64,000 nt of DNA from Nannocystis radixulma (GCF_028369095.1 NZ_JAQNDN010000024.1:25350-89349); one strand, 5' to 3'; numbered from the stretch's first letter, positions 33,899 to 45,580 are shown. The notes: generated by a model from the letters alone, not told the origin. Program-made: numbers and translations.

Positions 33899-36517
33899 GT
33901 GCACCTCGTCCGTCGCGGCGCCTCGCTGGCGCGCGCGCTGACTCTGCTGGCCTGCGCGCTGGTCTGTCTGTTCGGACAGGTCGCTGCCGCGCGCCCGAGC
34001 ATGGCCGAGATCGGCATGGACATGTTCTTCCGCGCCGCGGCCGCCGGCGTGCCGCAGGAGCTGTACGGTCAGCCGATCGTCGACATCCGCTTCGAGGGCA
34101 ACCGCCGCGTCGAGAGCGAGGCGATGATGCTCGAGCTCGAGAGCCACATCGACGCGGTCGTCAACCCGCGCAACCTGGCGACCGACATCAAGCGGCTGTG
34201 GGGCCTCGGCAAGTTCGACGACATCCGCATCGAGGGCGAGCTGACGCCGTCGGGCGTGGTCCTGACCTACATCGTCAAGGAGCGGCCGACGATCCGGAAG
34301 ATCGTCGTCGAGGGCAACAGCAAGATCAAGCTCGACGACATCAACGAGCAGCTCGACCTCAAGCTCAACGCGATCCTCGACGTCGGCGCGGTCCGGGCCA
34401 ACGTCGAGAAGGTCAAGCAGCTCTACGTCGAGAAGGGCTTCTTCCTCGCCGAGGTCACCTACGGCCTGCGCGCGGTCGAGGACGAGATCGGCAAGGTCGA
34501 CATCCAGATCGTGATCAGCGAGGCGGCCGAGACGATCGTCCGCAAGATCACGTTCATCGGCAACCAAGCGTTCACCGACGACGAGCTGCGCAAGCACATG
34601 ATCACGCGCGTCGGCGGTTACCTCAGCGTCGTCACGAAGAAGGCCGGCGGCGTCTTCAACAAGGAGGCGTTCGCCGGCGACTTCCAGATGTTGAAGCAGT
34701 TCTACACCGACAACGGCTACCTCGACGCCAACGTCAAGGACCCGGAGCTGAGCCTCAGCCCCGACCGTCGGTTCGTCTACGTCACCGTCCCGGTCGACGA
34801 GGGCCCGCAGTACCGCGTCGGCAAGATCCGCGCGAAGGAGGTCCTCGGGCGCGGCGAGAAGGCGCTCTACAACGAGAACATCCTGGCCGACTCGATCAAC
34901 CCCGTCATCAAGGAGGGCGACGTCGCCTCGATGGGGAAGATCCAGACGATCATCCAGGACATCGAGCGCCGCTACAAGGACGCCGGTCACGCCTACGTCA
35001 ACGTCATCCCCGACGGCCGCCAGGACCGCGAGAACCTCAAGCTCTACATGACGCTCGAGGTCGGCAAGGGCCCGCTCGTCTACATCGAGCGCATCAACAT
35101 CAGCGGCAACGACAAGACCGCCGACAAGGTCATCCGCCGCGAGATGGCGCTGCGCGAGGGCGACCTCTACTCCGAGAGCGGCAAGGAGCAGTCCGAGTTC
35201 AACGCGATGCGGCTCGGCTACTTCAACCAGGTCACGATCTCGACCAGCAAGGGCAGCGCCGAGGACAAGATCGTCCTCAACGTCGAGGTAACCGAGCGCC
35301 TGACCGGCACGTTCCAGGTCGGCGCTGGCTTCAGCACGATCGAGAACTTCGTGCTGCAGGCGCAGATCCAGTACGACAACTTCCTCGGCCGCGGCACCAC
35401 GGTGACCCTCGTGGCCCAGATGTCGAGCCTGCGGCGCCTGTTCAACCTCGCCTACATCACGCGCTACTTCCTCGACTCGCGCTGGAACTTCTCGTTCAAC
35501 ATCTTCAACTCGCGCAACGTGTTCCCCGGGTTCTCGCGCGAGAGCACCGGCGTGCGCCTGTCGTGGGGTTACCCGATCCCGCGCGTGCCCAACCTGATCC
35601 TGTTCGCCGGTTACTCGTTCGAGTACATCAAGGTCGGCTTCGGCAACTTCGGCTCGTTCGGCGGCGTCGGCGGCATCGGCGGCGCCGGCCTGTTCGGCGG
35701 CGGCGCCTACTCGACGCTCTACAGCGGCTCGGCGCTGATCTCGAACCTGTTCAACAACGGCATCACCTCGGCGATCACGGCCAGCCTCCGCTACGACACG
35801 ACCGACAACTACCTGTTCCCGACCGAGGGCATGCGGCACGAGATCCGGGCCGAGTTCGCCAACAAGTACTGGGGCTCGCAGAACCGGTTCAACCGCTACG
35901 ACGCGAACTTCCGCTTCTACTTCCCGATCATCCGCAGCAAGCAGGCGTTCCGGGCCTGGCTCGTGTTCAAGACCCGCCTGCAGGTCGGCTTCATCCATAG
36001 CCCGCAGGACAAGGGCGTGCCGGTGTTCGAGCGCTACTTCCCCGGCGGTATCTTCGGCGACGGCGGTATCCGCGGCTACCGTCTGCGCAGCCTTGGTCCG
36101 GCGATCAAGGTGCTCGGCAGCTCCGACCCGACGGCGACCCTGATCCCGTACACGATCGGCGGCAACCTGCTCACGGCGCTCAACCTCGAGCTCGAGTTCA
36201 TGATGGTCCCGCCCGCCAACATCAAGGGCGTGGTCTTCATGGACATCGGCAACGCCTACAACACCGAGCCGCTGTACTGCGTCGAGGCCAACCCGGTCGA
36301 GCAGCCGAAGAGCGACCCGTGCACGCTGCTGCGCCCCGGCGCGCCCGGCTTCCTCAAGTCGCTGCGCCGCTCGATCGGCTTCGGCTTCCGCTGGCAGTCG
36401 CCGATCGGTCCGCTGCGGTTCGAGTGGGGCTTCCCGCTCGACCGTCTGCCTCCGACCGAGTTCTATTACGGCGACGAACCGGTGGTGTTCGAGTTCAACG
36501 TCGGCAACAGCTTCTGA
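33899..36517 (+). CDS. bamA: Outer membrane protein assembly factor BamA (Omp85)
   Basis: Signal peptide, POTRA repeats, and a C-terminal β-barrel ending …VVFEFNVGNSF. An alternative GTG at 33851 overlaps the lolD stop. Confidence 0.85.
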   Translation: MHLVRRGASLARALTLLACALVCLFGQVAAARPSMAEIGMDMFFRAAAAGVPQELYGQPIVDIRFEGNRRVESEAMMLELESHIDAVVNPRNLATDIKRLWGLGKFDDIRIEGELTPSGVVLTYIVKERPTIRKIVVEGNSKIKLDDINEQLDLKLNAILDVGAVRANVEKVKQLYVEKGFFLAEVTYGLRAVEDEIGKVDIQIVISEAAETIVRKITFIGNQAFTDDELRKHMITRVGGYLSVVTKKAGGVFNKEAFAGDFQMLKQFYTDNGYLDANVKDPELSLSPDRRFVYVTVPVDEGPQYRVGKIRAKEVLGRGEKALYNENILADSINPVIKEGDVASMGKIQTIIQDIERRYKDAGHAYVNVIPDGRQDRENLKLYMTLEVGKGPLVYIERINISGNDKTADKVIRREMALREGDLYSESGKEQSEFNAMRLGYFNQVTISTSKGSAEDKIVLNVEVTERLTGTFQVGAGFSTIENFVLQAQIQYDNFLGRGTTVTLVAQMSSLRRLFNLAYITRYFLDSRWNFSFNIFNSRNVFPGFSRESTGVRLSWGYPIPRVPNLILFAGYSFEYIKVGFGNFGSFGGVGGIGGAGLFGGGAYSTLYSGSALISNLFNNGITSAITASLRYDTTDNYLFPTEGMRHEIRAEFANKYWGSQNRFNRYDANFRFYFPIIRSKQAFRAWLVFKTRLQVGFIHSPQDKGVPVFERYFPGGIFGDGGIRGYRLRSLGPAIKVLGSSDPTATLIPYTIGGNLLTALNLELEFMMVPPANIKGVVFMDIGNAYNTEPLYCVEANPVEQPKSDPCTLLRPGAPGFLKSLRRSIGFGFRWQSPIGPLRFEWGFPLDRLPPTEFYYGDEPVVFEFNVGNSF

Positions 36518-36688
36518 AAACCGCCGTCGGGCCCGGTTTCGGCGCGTACAGCGGCGAAAGGGGTGAGCTAGGCCACACCCCGGCCGCCCGGCTAGGTCCG
36601 TAGACCCTATGAATGCGCCCGTGAGACCGCGCGTCCGAGGCCAGCCCGGTTGCCCCCCTGCGCGGCCCCGGCTAAGGTCCCGCCCATT

Positions 36689-37240
36689 ATGCCCTCTACC
36701 TCGCGCGTCCTCCTCCTCGTAGCGGCCATGACAGCCGGCGTTCTCGGCGCCTCCACGGTCGCCGCCGCGCCGGCTGCCACCGTCAACGCCCTCAAACAGG
36801 TCGCCCTCGTCGACCTGCAGCGCTGCCTGCTGGAGACCACGCAGGGCACCAAGGGCAAGAAGGACCTCGAGTCGTCGTTCGCGAAGGGCCAGTCGCAGCT
36901 CGACAAGAAGACCGAGGACCTCAAGAAGAAGTACGAGGACCTGATGGCGAAGCGGACGCTGCTCTCCGACGGAGAGATCGCCAAGCGCCAGCAAGAGCTC
37001 GTCGTCAAGGACCAGGAGCTGCAGCAGCTGTACGCCCAGCTCCAGGAGGACGTGGCGACGAAGGAAGCGCAGCTCACCGAGAAGATCTACAAGAACGTCG
37101 CGGCCATCGTGAAAGACATCGCGGCCGAGGACAGTCTGCAGATCGTCCTGGTCCGCTCCCCGGCGACGGTCCTCTACGCCAACCCCAAGCTCGACATCAC
37201 CAACCGCGTGATCGTCGCCTACGACAAGAAGCACAAGTGA
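36689..37240 (+). CDS. skp: OmpH/Skp periplasmic chaperone
   Basis: Signal peptide followed by a coiled-coil Lys/Glu/Gln-rich body. Located after bamA. Confidence 0.8.
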   Translation: MPSTSRVLLLVAAMTAGVLGASTVAAAPAATVNALKQVALVDLQRCLLETTQGTKGKKDLESSFAKGQSQLDKKTEDLKKKYEDLMAKRTLLSDGEIAKRQQELVVKDQELQQLYAQLQEDVATKEAQLTEKIYKNVAAIVKDIAAEDSLQIVLVRSPATVLYANPKLDITNRVIVAYDKKHK

Positions 37241-37263
37241 CTCACGTGAAGGATCGTTCCGCC

Positions 37264-37827
37264 ATGCCCACCCCCCAGCGTCGTCTCGGTCGTCTGCTCT
37301 CCGCCGCCGCCGTCGCGCTCGCCTTCGCGGGCAGCGCCGGCCTCGCCCCCAGCTTCGTCACGCCCGCCCAGGCCACTATCCCGCAGGTCCGCGGCGTCGC
37401 CGTCGTCGACATGCAAAAGGTCCTCGCCGACACCAAGCAGGGCCAGGCCGCGCGCAAGAAGCTCGAGGACAGCTCCAAGGCCAAGCAGGAGAAGCTCGAG
37501 CAGAAGCGCAAGAAGCTCGAGGCCGACACCGGCAAGCTGAAGAGCCTGCAAGGCGAGAAGCTCGCCGCCGCGGAGGAGGCGCTGCAGAAGGAGTACATGG
37601 AGATGCAGCAGATCTACATGACCATGCAGCAGGAGCTCACGCAGCAGGAGTCGCGTGTCCTCGAGGACATCTACAAGAACTGCCAGACGATCATCGACAA
37701 GCTGGCCGCCGAGAAGAACGTCGACCTGGTGCTGATCCGCGACGACTCGACCGTGCTGTTCGTCGAGCCCGGACTCGACATCACGACCGAGCTCGTCAAG
37801 CGCTACAACGCCAAGTACCCGTCCTAG
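37264..37827 (+). CDS. Second OmpH/Skp-family chaperone paralog
   Basis: Similar architecture to the first skp (signal peptide plus K/E/Q-rich coiled coil). Confidence 0.75.
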   Translation: MPTPQRRLGRLLSAAAVALAFAGSAGLAPSFVTPAQATIPQVRGVAVVDMQKVLADTKQGQAARKKLEDSSKAKQEKLEQKRKKLEADTGKLKSLQGEKLAAAEEALQKEYMEMQQIYMTMQQELTQQESRVLEDIYKNCQTIIDKLAAEKNVDLVLIRDDSTVLFVEPGLDITTELVKRYNAKYPS

Positions 37828-37964
37828 GCTCCGGCCGCCCCGGCCGCTCGCACGTCCCGGACTCGCGCACCACGATGCGCGGCTCCGGGATGTTCGCGTT
37901 TCCGGCCGGCGTCGCGCTCGCCCCGGCCCGGAGCCGGGCAGTCTGATAAGCTACGCGCCCACCG

Positions 37965-38423
37965 ATGCTCCTCGACGCCGTCCAGCTCCAGAAGATCCTC
38001 CCGCACCGGTACCCCTTCCTGTTCATCGACCGCGTGCTCGCGGCGACGCCGAACGAGTCGATCGTCGCGCAGAAGTTGGTGTCGGTCGGCGACCCGATCC
38101 TGCAAGGTCACTTCCCCGGCTTCCCGATCCTCCCGGGCGTGGTCCAGGTCGAGGCGATGGCGCAGGCCGCGGTTGTTCTCGCCAACCTGTCCGGCGTGTT
38201 CGACCCGGCGCTGCACAACTGCTTCTTCATGGGCATCCAGGAGGCCAAGTTCCGCGGGCCCGTGGTGCCCGGCGACGTGCTGACGATCGAGGTCAAAGCG
38301 CAACGAATGGGCCGGATCGGCAAGTTCTCGGGCGAGACACGCGTCGGCGAGCAAGTGAAGAGTTCGGGCGTGTTCACCGCGATCATCGAGCCCAAGCGCA
38401 GCGACGCCGGAGGCGCTGCGTGA
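37965..38423 (+). CDS. fabZ: 3-hydroxyacyl-ACP dehydratase FabZ
   Basis: LPHRYPFLFIDRV…GHFPG…PGV hotdog motifs. Confidence 0.9.
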   Translation: MLLDAVQLQKILPHRYPFLFIDRVLAATPNESIVAQKLVSVGDPILQGHFPGFPILPGVVQVEAMAQAAVVLANLSGVFDPALHNCFFMGIQEAKFRGPVVPGDVLTIEVKAQRMGRIGKFSGETRVGEQVKSSGVFTAIIEPKRSDAGGAA

Positions 38424-39058
38424 AGATCCACGCGGTGTGCGTGGCGCTGCTGCTCGCGTCCTGCGCACAGCGAGACGTCCGCGGCCTCGCGCGCGCCAGC
38501 GAGACAGCCGCCGGTGCGGTTCGTCGCGGCGATGCGAAGGCGCTGTCGAGTCATGTGCTCGTCGGCGCGCGCGCTCGCGTCGACTACGCGGCGATCCTCG
38601 GGGACAAGGCGACGCGCCAGCGCTGGGCCAAGACGCTGAAGAAGCCGGCGGAGATCCGCCCGCGTGCGGTCGTCTTCCTCGCGGCCGACTCGCCGATCGA
38701 CGTCCGCTGGACGCCGCGCGGCTGGGTGTTCGGCGAGGACCCCACTCTCGTGTACGACCAGTCGACGCCCCGCGCGGCGTTGCGGAGCCTGGTGCGGGCG
38801 AGCCTCCAGCGCCGCTGGGACGTGCTCCTCGGCCTCGCCCCCGAGCGCTACCGCCTCGGTTTGGCGGAAGACGATCTCCGCGCCGCGTGGACCGAGGGCG
38901 AGCATGCCGACGCCTTGCAGACGGCCCGCGATCGCCTCGCAGCCCGGCTGGGCGATCCCATCGTCGCGGACGCCCACGAGGCCGTGCTCGACCTGGGAAA
39001 CGCCGAGGTCGCCCGACTCGAGCGAGAAGGCACCCGCTGGGTCGTGGTCGACTTCTGA
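38420..39058 (+). CDS. Hypothetical lipoprotein
   Basis: Lipobox LLASC. The GTG start overlaps the fabZ stop. Confidence 0.5.
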   Translation: MKIHAVCVALLLASCAQRDVRGLARASETAAGAVRRGDAKALSSHVLVGARARVDYAAILGDKATRQRWAKTLKKPAEIRPRAVVFLAADSPIDVRWTPRGWVFGEDPTLVYDQSTPRAALRSLVRASLQRRWDVLLGLAPERYRLGLAEDDLRAAWTEGEHADALQTARDRLAARLGDPIVADAHEAVLDLGNAEVARLEREGTRWVVVDF

Positions 39059-39423
39059 GTTTGTCGCCGGAGGCGCGGACCGGCAAGGTCGTGCGCGGCG
39101 CCTGGGCTCAATTCGCCCGTCGTATGCAGGGCGCTGGTGTACGCCTCGCGCACACTGTCCCGGCGCCAAACGGCGCGAAGACAATTCTTGCCAACATCCG
39201 TGGCCGCGTTAGTCTCAAACGTAAGGTGGCCAACCAAGAATTCAGGCGCTCCGAGCCGGATGGTGGGCACATCAGGGTCGGAGCTGCGAGCCGAGCGAAC
39301 CACGTCACTCGTGGGGAGGATAGGTACTCCCCGCAGGGTGGCGGTGCAAGCGCCGATCTCGTGAGCTTTGAGACAGACCGCCCGCTAGCGCGTCCCGAAT
39401 TCTGGCGAAAAAGGCAGGTGTTC

Positions 39424-39603
39424 ATGCGACCAGCCCTCGAGAAGCAGAAGCAAGTCCCGAGCAAGAAGATCCCGGGCAAGCGGACTCCGACGCTGCAGAT
39501 CGAGCTCGAATTGCCGCGCGTGCCCGCTGACGAGCTCGACGAGCGGCCTCCGCTGCCCGAGCCCTCGGAGCGCGGGGTGGCCATCGTCGACTTCTACGTC
39601 TGA
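39424..39603 (+). CDS. Small hypothetical protein (59 aa), upstream of the EBP-like gene
   Basis: Short ORF with a plausible start and no family assignment. It may instead be part of a leader or ncRNA region. Confidence 0.2.
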   Translation: MRPALEKQKQVPSKKIPGKRTPTLQIELELPRVPADELDERPPLPEPSERGVAIVDFYV

Positions 39604-39762
39604 GGAGTTTTTCGCGCGAGGTTCGGGGTGCTTCGGGGCCGAGGCACCCCGATTTTTTTTGTCTGCGGCCGAGCGACCTCAACGCTGTCAATCTTCGCCA
39701 AACGCTCTGTACCGGCCGTTGTGTGCTTCCCGCAGGAGGAGCCCCCTGGTAGCGTGGAGGAC

Positions 39763-41151
39763 ATGGCGCACGAGATCGAAGCAGCGGTGGATTCGACGGT
39801 GGTCCAGGACGATGCCGAGCCCATGCGGCACTCCGGTTTTCGGCTGGTCGTCCTGAACGGCGAGCTCCGCGGCCGTGAGATTGATGTCACCCAGGATGTC
39901 GTCCAGCTCGGCAAGTCACGCCAGTGCGACGTGGTCCTCCCCGACGAGTCGGTGAGCCGGATCCACGCCGAGATCCGGCGACAGGGCGACAGCTATCGCG
40001 TCCTGGATCAACAGTCGACGAACGGCATGTTCATCGGTGGTGTGCGGGTCAGCGACGGGTTCCTGCGACCGGGCGATGTTCTCGGACTCGGCAAGGTCCA
40101 GGTCCGATTCATGCCGCGTGACTCGCGTGTCGAACTTCTCCCTAGCGAAGCCGACAGCTTCGGTCCGGTCTGCGGACGCAGCCTTGCGATGCGCAAGATC
40201 TTCGGCGTCCTCGAACGCGTCGCAGGCGCCGAGGCGACCATTCTCCTCGACGGCGAGACAGGCACCGGCAAGGCTCTGCTGGCTCGGGCTATCCACGATA
40301 TCTCCCCGCGGCGCGACGGCCCCTTCGTGGTCGTCGACTGCGGTGGAACGGCCGCGGCACAGCTGGAGGTCGAGCTGTTCGGCCACGAGGACCGACGCGG
40401 CGCGTTCGAGCTCGCCCACGGCGGCACGCTGGTGTTCGACGACATCGGCGAGCTGCCCGCCGACCTCCAGCCGAAGCTCACCCGCGCCCTGGAGAACGGG
40501 AAGGTGCGGCGACACGGGGTGACCGAGGAGCTCGAGGTCGACATCCGCGTGCTGGCGACCGCGAGCCGCGGGCTGCGGGAGCAGGTCAAGTCGGGCGAGT
40601 TCCGCGAGGACCTGTACTTCCTGCTCGCCGTCGTCCACATCGAGGTGCCGGCGCTGCGCGACCGTCGCGAAGACATCCCGATGCTCATCGACCAGTTCTC
40701 GCGCCGCCTGCCGCCGGGCATGTGGCGCGCGCCTGGCCCCGAAGCCATGGCCCGCCTGGTCGGCTACGACTGGCCCGGCAACGTCCGCGAGCTCCGCAAC
40801 GTCGTCGAGCGCTCGGCCTACCTCTCGCCCGACGGCGTCATCGACCTCATCACCACGGGCAACCTCGGGCGCGCCGGGCGCGAGCAGCAGGTCGCGTTCG
40901 ACCCGACGCTGACCTTCCGCGAGCAGAAGGAACGCGCGGTCGAGCTGTTCGAGGAGACGTACCTGAACTGGCTGCTCCAGCGGGCCGAGGGCAACATCTC
41001 GCGGGCGGCCCGCGAGGCCGATATGGACCGCAAGTACCTGCACAAGCTGCTGCGCCGCTACGGGATCGACGCCAAGCAATTCGCGGCCGGGCGCGGCGGG
41101 GCGGCTGGCGGGCACAGCGACAACAGCGACCCGGGCGTGTCATTGGCGTGA
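39763..41151 (+). CDS. FHA-domain / σ54-interaction-domain (AAA+) / Fis-HTH transcriptional regulator lacking the GAFTGA loop
   Basis: N-terminal FHA, Walker A GETGTGK, ELFGHE followed directly by [21 protein letters not shown] (no GAFTGA), and a C-terminal Fis-type HTH. SD GGAGG lies upstream. Confidence 0.8.
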   Translation: MAHEIEAAVDSTVVQDDAEPMRHSGFRLVVLNGELRGREIDVTQDVVQLGKSRQCDVVLPDESVSRIHAEIRRQGDSYRVLDQQSTNGMFIGGVRVSDGFLRPGDVLGLGKVQVRFMPRDSRVELLPSEADSFGPVCGRSLAMRKIFGVLERVAGAEATILLDGETGTGKALLARAIHDISPRRDGPFVVVDCGGTAAAQLEVELFGHEDRRGAFELAHGGTLVFDDIGELPADLQPKLTRALENGKVRRHGVTEELEVDIRVLATASRGLREQVKSGEFREDLYFLLAVVHIEVPALRDRREDIPMLIDQFSRRLPPGMWRAPGPEAMARLVGYDWPGNVRELRNVVERSAYLSPDGVIDLITTGNLGRAGREQQVAFDPTLTFREQKERAVELFEETYLNWLLQRAEGNISRAAREADMDRKYLHKLLRRYGIDAKQFAAGRGGAAGGHSDNSDPGVSLA

Positions 41152-41163
41152 TGCCGCGCTACC

Positions 41164-42153
41164 ATGGCGGCGATGTCCTCCGCCGCCGACCGCGCCTTCG
41201 CCCGTGACGACGGCGCGCGGCCCGAGCTCGCGCCGGCGCCCGCGTGGGTGCACGCCCGTGGTGCGCTCGACGTGAACGCACCGCGGGTGATGGCGATCGT
41301 CAACGTCACGCCGGACAGCTTCTTCGACGGCGGCAACCTGCTCGCGCCCGAGACCGACGACGCGAGCGTCAGCGTGGCCACCAGGCTTTGTCGCACGTAT
41401 CGCCAGCAAGGCGCCGATGTCCTCGACGTCGGCGGCGAGTCGACGCGGCCGGGCGCGACCGCGGTGGCGCCCGACGTCGAGCTGCGCCGCGTGCTGCCGG
41501 TGATCCGCGGCCTCGTCGCCGATCCGGAGCTGACGGGCACGCCGATCAGCGTCGACACGCGGCGCGCCGCGGTCGCTGCCGCAGCGATGGCGGCCGGCGC
41601 GGCGATCATCAACGACGTCAGCGGACTCGCCGATCCCGAGATGGCGCGCGTGGCCGCCGACACCGGCGCGGGCCTCGTGATCGGCCACCTGCGCGGTGAG
41701 CCGGCGACGATGATGCACGACATCCGCTTCGAGCGCGTGCTGCCCGAGGTCGCGGCGGAGCTCGGTCGGGCGGTCGAGCTGGCGCTGCGCGCCGGCGTGG
41801 CCGCCGAGCGGATCGCCATCGACCCCGGCATCGGCTTCGGCAAGACGGCCGAGCACAGCGCGGCGCTCGTCGGCGCGGCCGACTACCTGATGCGAGAGAC
41901 AGGTTGCCCCGTGGTCATCGGCGCCAGTCGCAAGGCGTTTCTCGGCGTCATCGGCGGCAAGCCGCGGCCCGTCGAGGAGCGCCTGATCGGCAGCGTCACC
42001 GCGGCGATCATGGCGGCGCTCGGCGGCGCGGCGCTCGTGCGCGTGCACGACGTGGCGCCCACCGCCGAGGCGCTGCGCGTCGCGTGGGCGATCCGCCGGG
42101 CGTCGGCTGCAGCACGCCGCGAGGCGGAGGAGGTCGAGCGAGCGCGATGGTGA
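41164..42153 (+). CDS. folP: Dihydropteroate synthase
   Basis: Pterin-binding motifs (MAIVNVTPDSFFDGG; DVGGEST). Confidence 0.9.
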   Translation: MAAMSSAADRAFARDDGARPELAPAPAWVHARGALDVNAPRVMAIVNVTPDSFFDGGNLLAPETDDASVSVATRLCRTYRQQGADVLDVGGESTRPGATAVAPDVELRRVLPVIRGLVADPELTGTPISVDTRRAAVAAAAMAAGAAIINDVSGLADPEMARVAADTGAGLVIGHLRGEPATMMHDIRFERVLPEVAAELGRAVELALRAGVAAERIAIDPGIGFGKTAEHSAALVGAADYLMRETGCPVVIGASRKAFLGVIGGKPRPVEERLIGSVTAAIMAALGGAALVRVHDVAPTAEALRVAWAIRRASAAARREAEEVERARW

Positions 42154-43154
42154 CGCCGCGGGACTTCATCGAGGCGCTCACGTGGCGCGACGGGCTCGAC
42201 TTCGGGATCCTGCTGATCCTGGTCTATGCCGCGCTGCGCCTGCTCCAGGGCACGCGGGCGGTGCCGGTGCTGCTGTCGGTCGCGGTGTTCGGCGGCGTCG
42301 CGGCGGCCGCGAGCGCGCTCGACATGGTCGCGGTCGCGGCGCTGGTCCGTTACTTCCTCGAGTACGTCATCATCATCCTCATCGTCGTGTTCCACCAGGA
42401 GCTGCGGCGGATCTTGCTGCACATGGGCCAGCGCCTGTTGCCGCAGGGCCACCGCGACGCGGCCCGCAGCGCCGTCAGCGAGCTGGTGGTGGCGGTCGAG
42501 CGGCTCAGCCGCGCCCGCCTCGGCGCGCTGTTCATCCTGCAGGGCGAGATCGACGTGCTCGACGTCGTCAGCGACCGCGGCCGCGAGATCGACGCCTCGT
42601 TGCACGCCGACACGCTGGTCGCGCTCCTCATCCCGTACTCGATCAACCTCACTCACGACGGCGCCGTGCTGATCCAGAACCTGCGGATCGCCCGCGCGGG
42701 CGTGATCTGCCCGCTCACCCAGCGCGACCGGCTCGATCCGGCGTTCGGCACCCGCCACCGCGGGGCCATCGGCGTCAGCGAGGAGAGCGACGCGCTGGTC
42801 ATCGTGCTCAGCGAGGAGCGCGGCGAGATCCGCATGGTCCACCGCGGCGCCATCTCCGACCCGCTGACGCCCGAGCAACTCGAAGCGCGGATCTCCCGCT
42901 GGCTCGAGCAACCGCGGGCCGAGGCGTCGCGCCAGGCGCCGCCGAGCGAGAGCCTCGCGGTCGCCAAGGGCGCGGCGCGCAGCTACATGGACCTGCGCAA
43001 GGCCAGCGAGAGCGCGACCGACATGACGGCGGTGCGGCGCCGCGGCAAGGAGGGGGCGGCGCCGACCGACGAGAAGTGGAACGACAACGACTTCCTCCAC
43101 GCGCCGTCGGTCACCGACTTCACGCCGCTGTCGCGCAAGGGAGGTGAGGGGTGA
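42147..43154 (+). CDS. cdaA: Diadenylate cyclase CdaA/DacA (membrane-anchored DisA_N domain)
   Basis: Three N-terminal TM helices plus the DAC motifs THDGAVLI and RHRGAIGVSEESDALVIVLSEERGEI. Confidence 0.85.
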   Translation: MVTPRDFIEALTWRDGLDFGILLILVYAALRLLQGTRAVPVLLSVAVFGGVAAAASALDMVAVAALVRYFLEYVIIILIVVFHQELRRILLHMGQRLLPQGHRDAARSAVSELVVAVERLSRARLGALFILQGEIDVLDVVSDRGREIDASLHADTLVALLIPYSINLTHDGAVLIQNLRIARAGVICPLTQRDRLDPAFGTRHRGAIGVSEESDALVIVLSEERGEIRMVHRGAISDPLTPEQLEARISRWLEQPRAEASRQAPPSESLAVAKGAARSYMDLRKASESATDMTAVRRRGKEGAAPTDEKWNDNDFLHAPSVTDFTPLSRKGGEG

Positions 43155-44149
43155 CGCGCGCGCTGCGATGGCTCTACGGGGCGCTGTTCAACCACCTGCT
43201 CACCAAGCTGACGGCGCTGATCCTCGCCAGCGGGTTCTTCATCTTCACCCGCGACGACGTCACGCGGCGCTTCACGATCCCGCTGAAGGTCAACACCGAC
43301 CCGCGGCGGGTGCTGCTGACCAAGCTGCCGGAGACGGTGACGGTCGAGCTGCACGGCTCGTGGGCGCGGATGAACCGCCTGTCGGGCCACGACCTCGGCA
43401 GCGCCCAGCTCGACCTCGCGGGCGCGCGGCCGGGGCCGCTCGAGCTCGACCCGGCGACCATCGTGATGCCGCCCGGGGTGATCTTCCGCGGCATGGACTA
43501 CGAGAAGGTCGACCTCCGCTTCGATCCCGTGATCGAGCGCGCGGTGCTGATCAGCGCCGCGGTGCGGGGGCTGGTCCACCCCGACTACGAGCACACCGGT
43601 ACGCGCGTCGACCCGCCGCGCTGGCGCGTCCACGGCGGCAGCAAGATCGTCGGCGAGCTGGCCAACCTCAACACCGATCCGATCGACGTCAGCGGCGCCA
43701 CGGCCGACGTCGAGATGGTGGTCGGGCTCGGCCAGCTGCGCGAGGGCGCGGAGTACACCGGCGTGGCCCCGGGCGAGGTGCCGAAGGTCACCGTGTCGGT
43801 GGCGATCCGGCCCAAGGTCAGCGAGCGCCGCTACGAGGTCCCGCTGACCTGGCCCGTCGACCAGGAACCTCCGTACGGCGCGCCGCTCAAGGTCGCGGCG
43901 GTGGTGCGCGGGCCGGTGCCGTCGCTGCGCCAGATCGACGCGATCCCGAGCGCGGTGGTCTCGACCGTGCAGCTGCAGAAGCCGCAGGAGGACGCGCCGG
44001 TCGGAGCGGTGCAGGTCGATCTGAGCCTGTCCGAGGCCGTCCCGCCGGCGCTGCGGGCCAACCTGACCTTGGAGCCAGCTCAGGAGCGCATCATCCTTCC
44101 GCCGCCGCCCGCCGAAAAGCCGCTGGACGGCGCCAGTCGCGGCCATTAA
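43151..44149 (+). CDS. cdaR: CdaA regulatory protein CdaR (YbbR-like domains)
   Basis: N-terminal TM helix and YbbR-like repeats. The conserved cdaA-cdaR-glmM order is present. Confidence 0.7.
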   Translation: MTRALRWLYGALFNHLLTKLTALILASGFFIFTRDDVTRRFTIPLKVNTDPRRVLLTKLPETVTVELHGSWARMNRLSGHDLGSAQLDLAGARPGPLELDPATIVMPPGVIFRGMDYEKVDLRFDPVIERAVLISAAVRGLVHPDYEHTGTRVDPPRWRVHGGSKIVGELANLNTDPIDVSGATADVEMVVGLGQLREGAEYTGVAPGEVPKVTVSVAIRPKVSERRYEVPLTWPVDQEPPYGAPLKVAAVVRGPVPSLRQIDAIPSAVVSTVQLQKPQEDAPVGAVQVDLSLSEAVPPALRANLTLEPAQERIILPPPPAEKPLDGASRGH

Positions 44150-44162
44150 GAAGGACGTGCGC

Positions 44163-45518
<1,356 letters not shown>

Positions 45519-45525
45519 CTGTCCG

Positions 45526-45580
45526 CCCGGGCATGTTCAAAAGAGCATGCCCGGGAGGGCATGCTCCTTGGAGCATGTCT
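45526..45580. repeat. Two overlapping hairpins after glmM (CCCGGGCATG-N10-CATGCCCGGG; GGCATGCTCC-tt-GGAGCATGtC). Likely a bidirectional terminator / palindromic element of the same family.
   Basis: Perfect 10-bp stem. Shares the GTTCAAAAGRGCATGC module with the 9253-9339 element. Confidence 0.65.

Noticed and set aside
33800-37234. 1144-aa minus-strand ORF antisense to bamA and skp
   Set aside because: Low-complexity antisense artefact. bamA and skp are clearly supported.
39059-39423. tmRNA / SRP RNA / RNase P / 6S / tRNA in the AT-richer intergenic region
   Set aside because: None of the conserved cores were found (tmRNA 5' GGGGCUGAUUCUGGAUUCGACGGG and tag ORF; SRP GGAAGCAGCC tetraloop helix; RNase P GGAAAGUCC…ACAGAAA; tRNA T-loop GTTCGAATC). 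It is kept only as an unclassified structured region.
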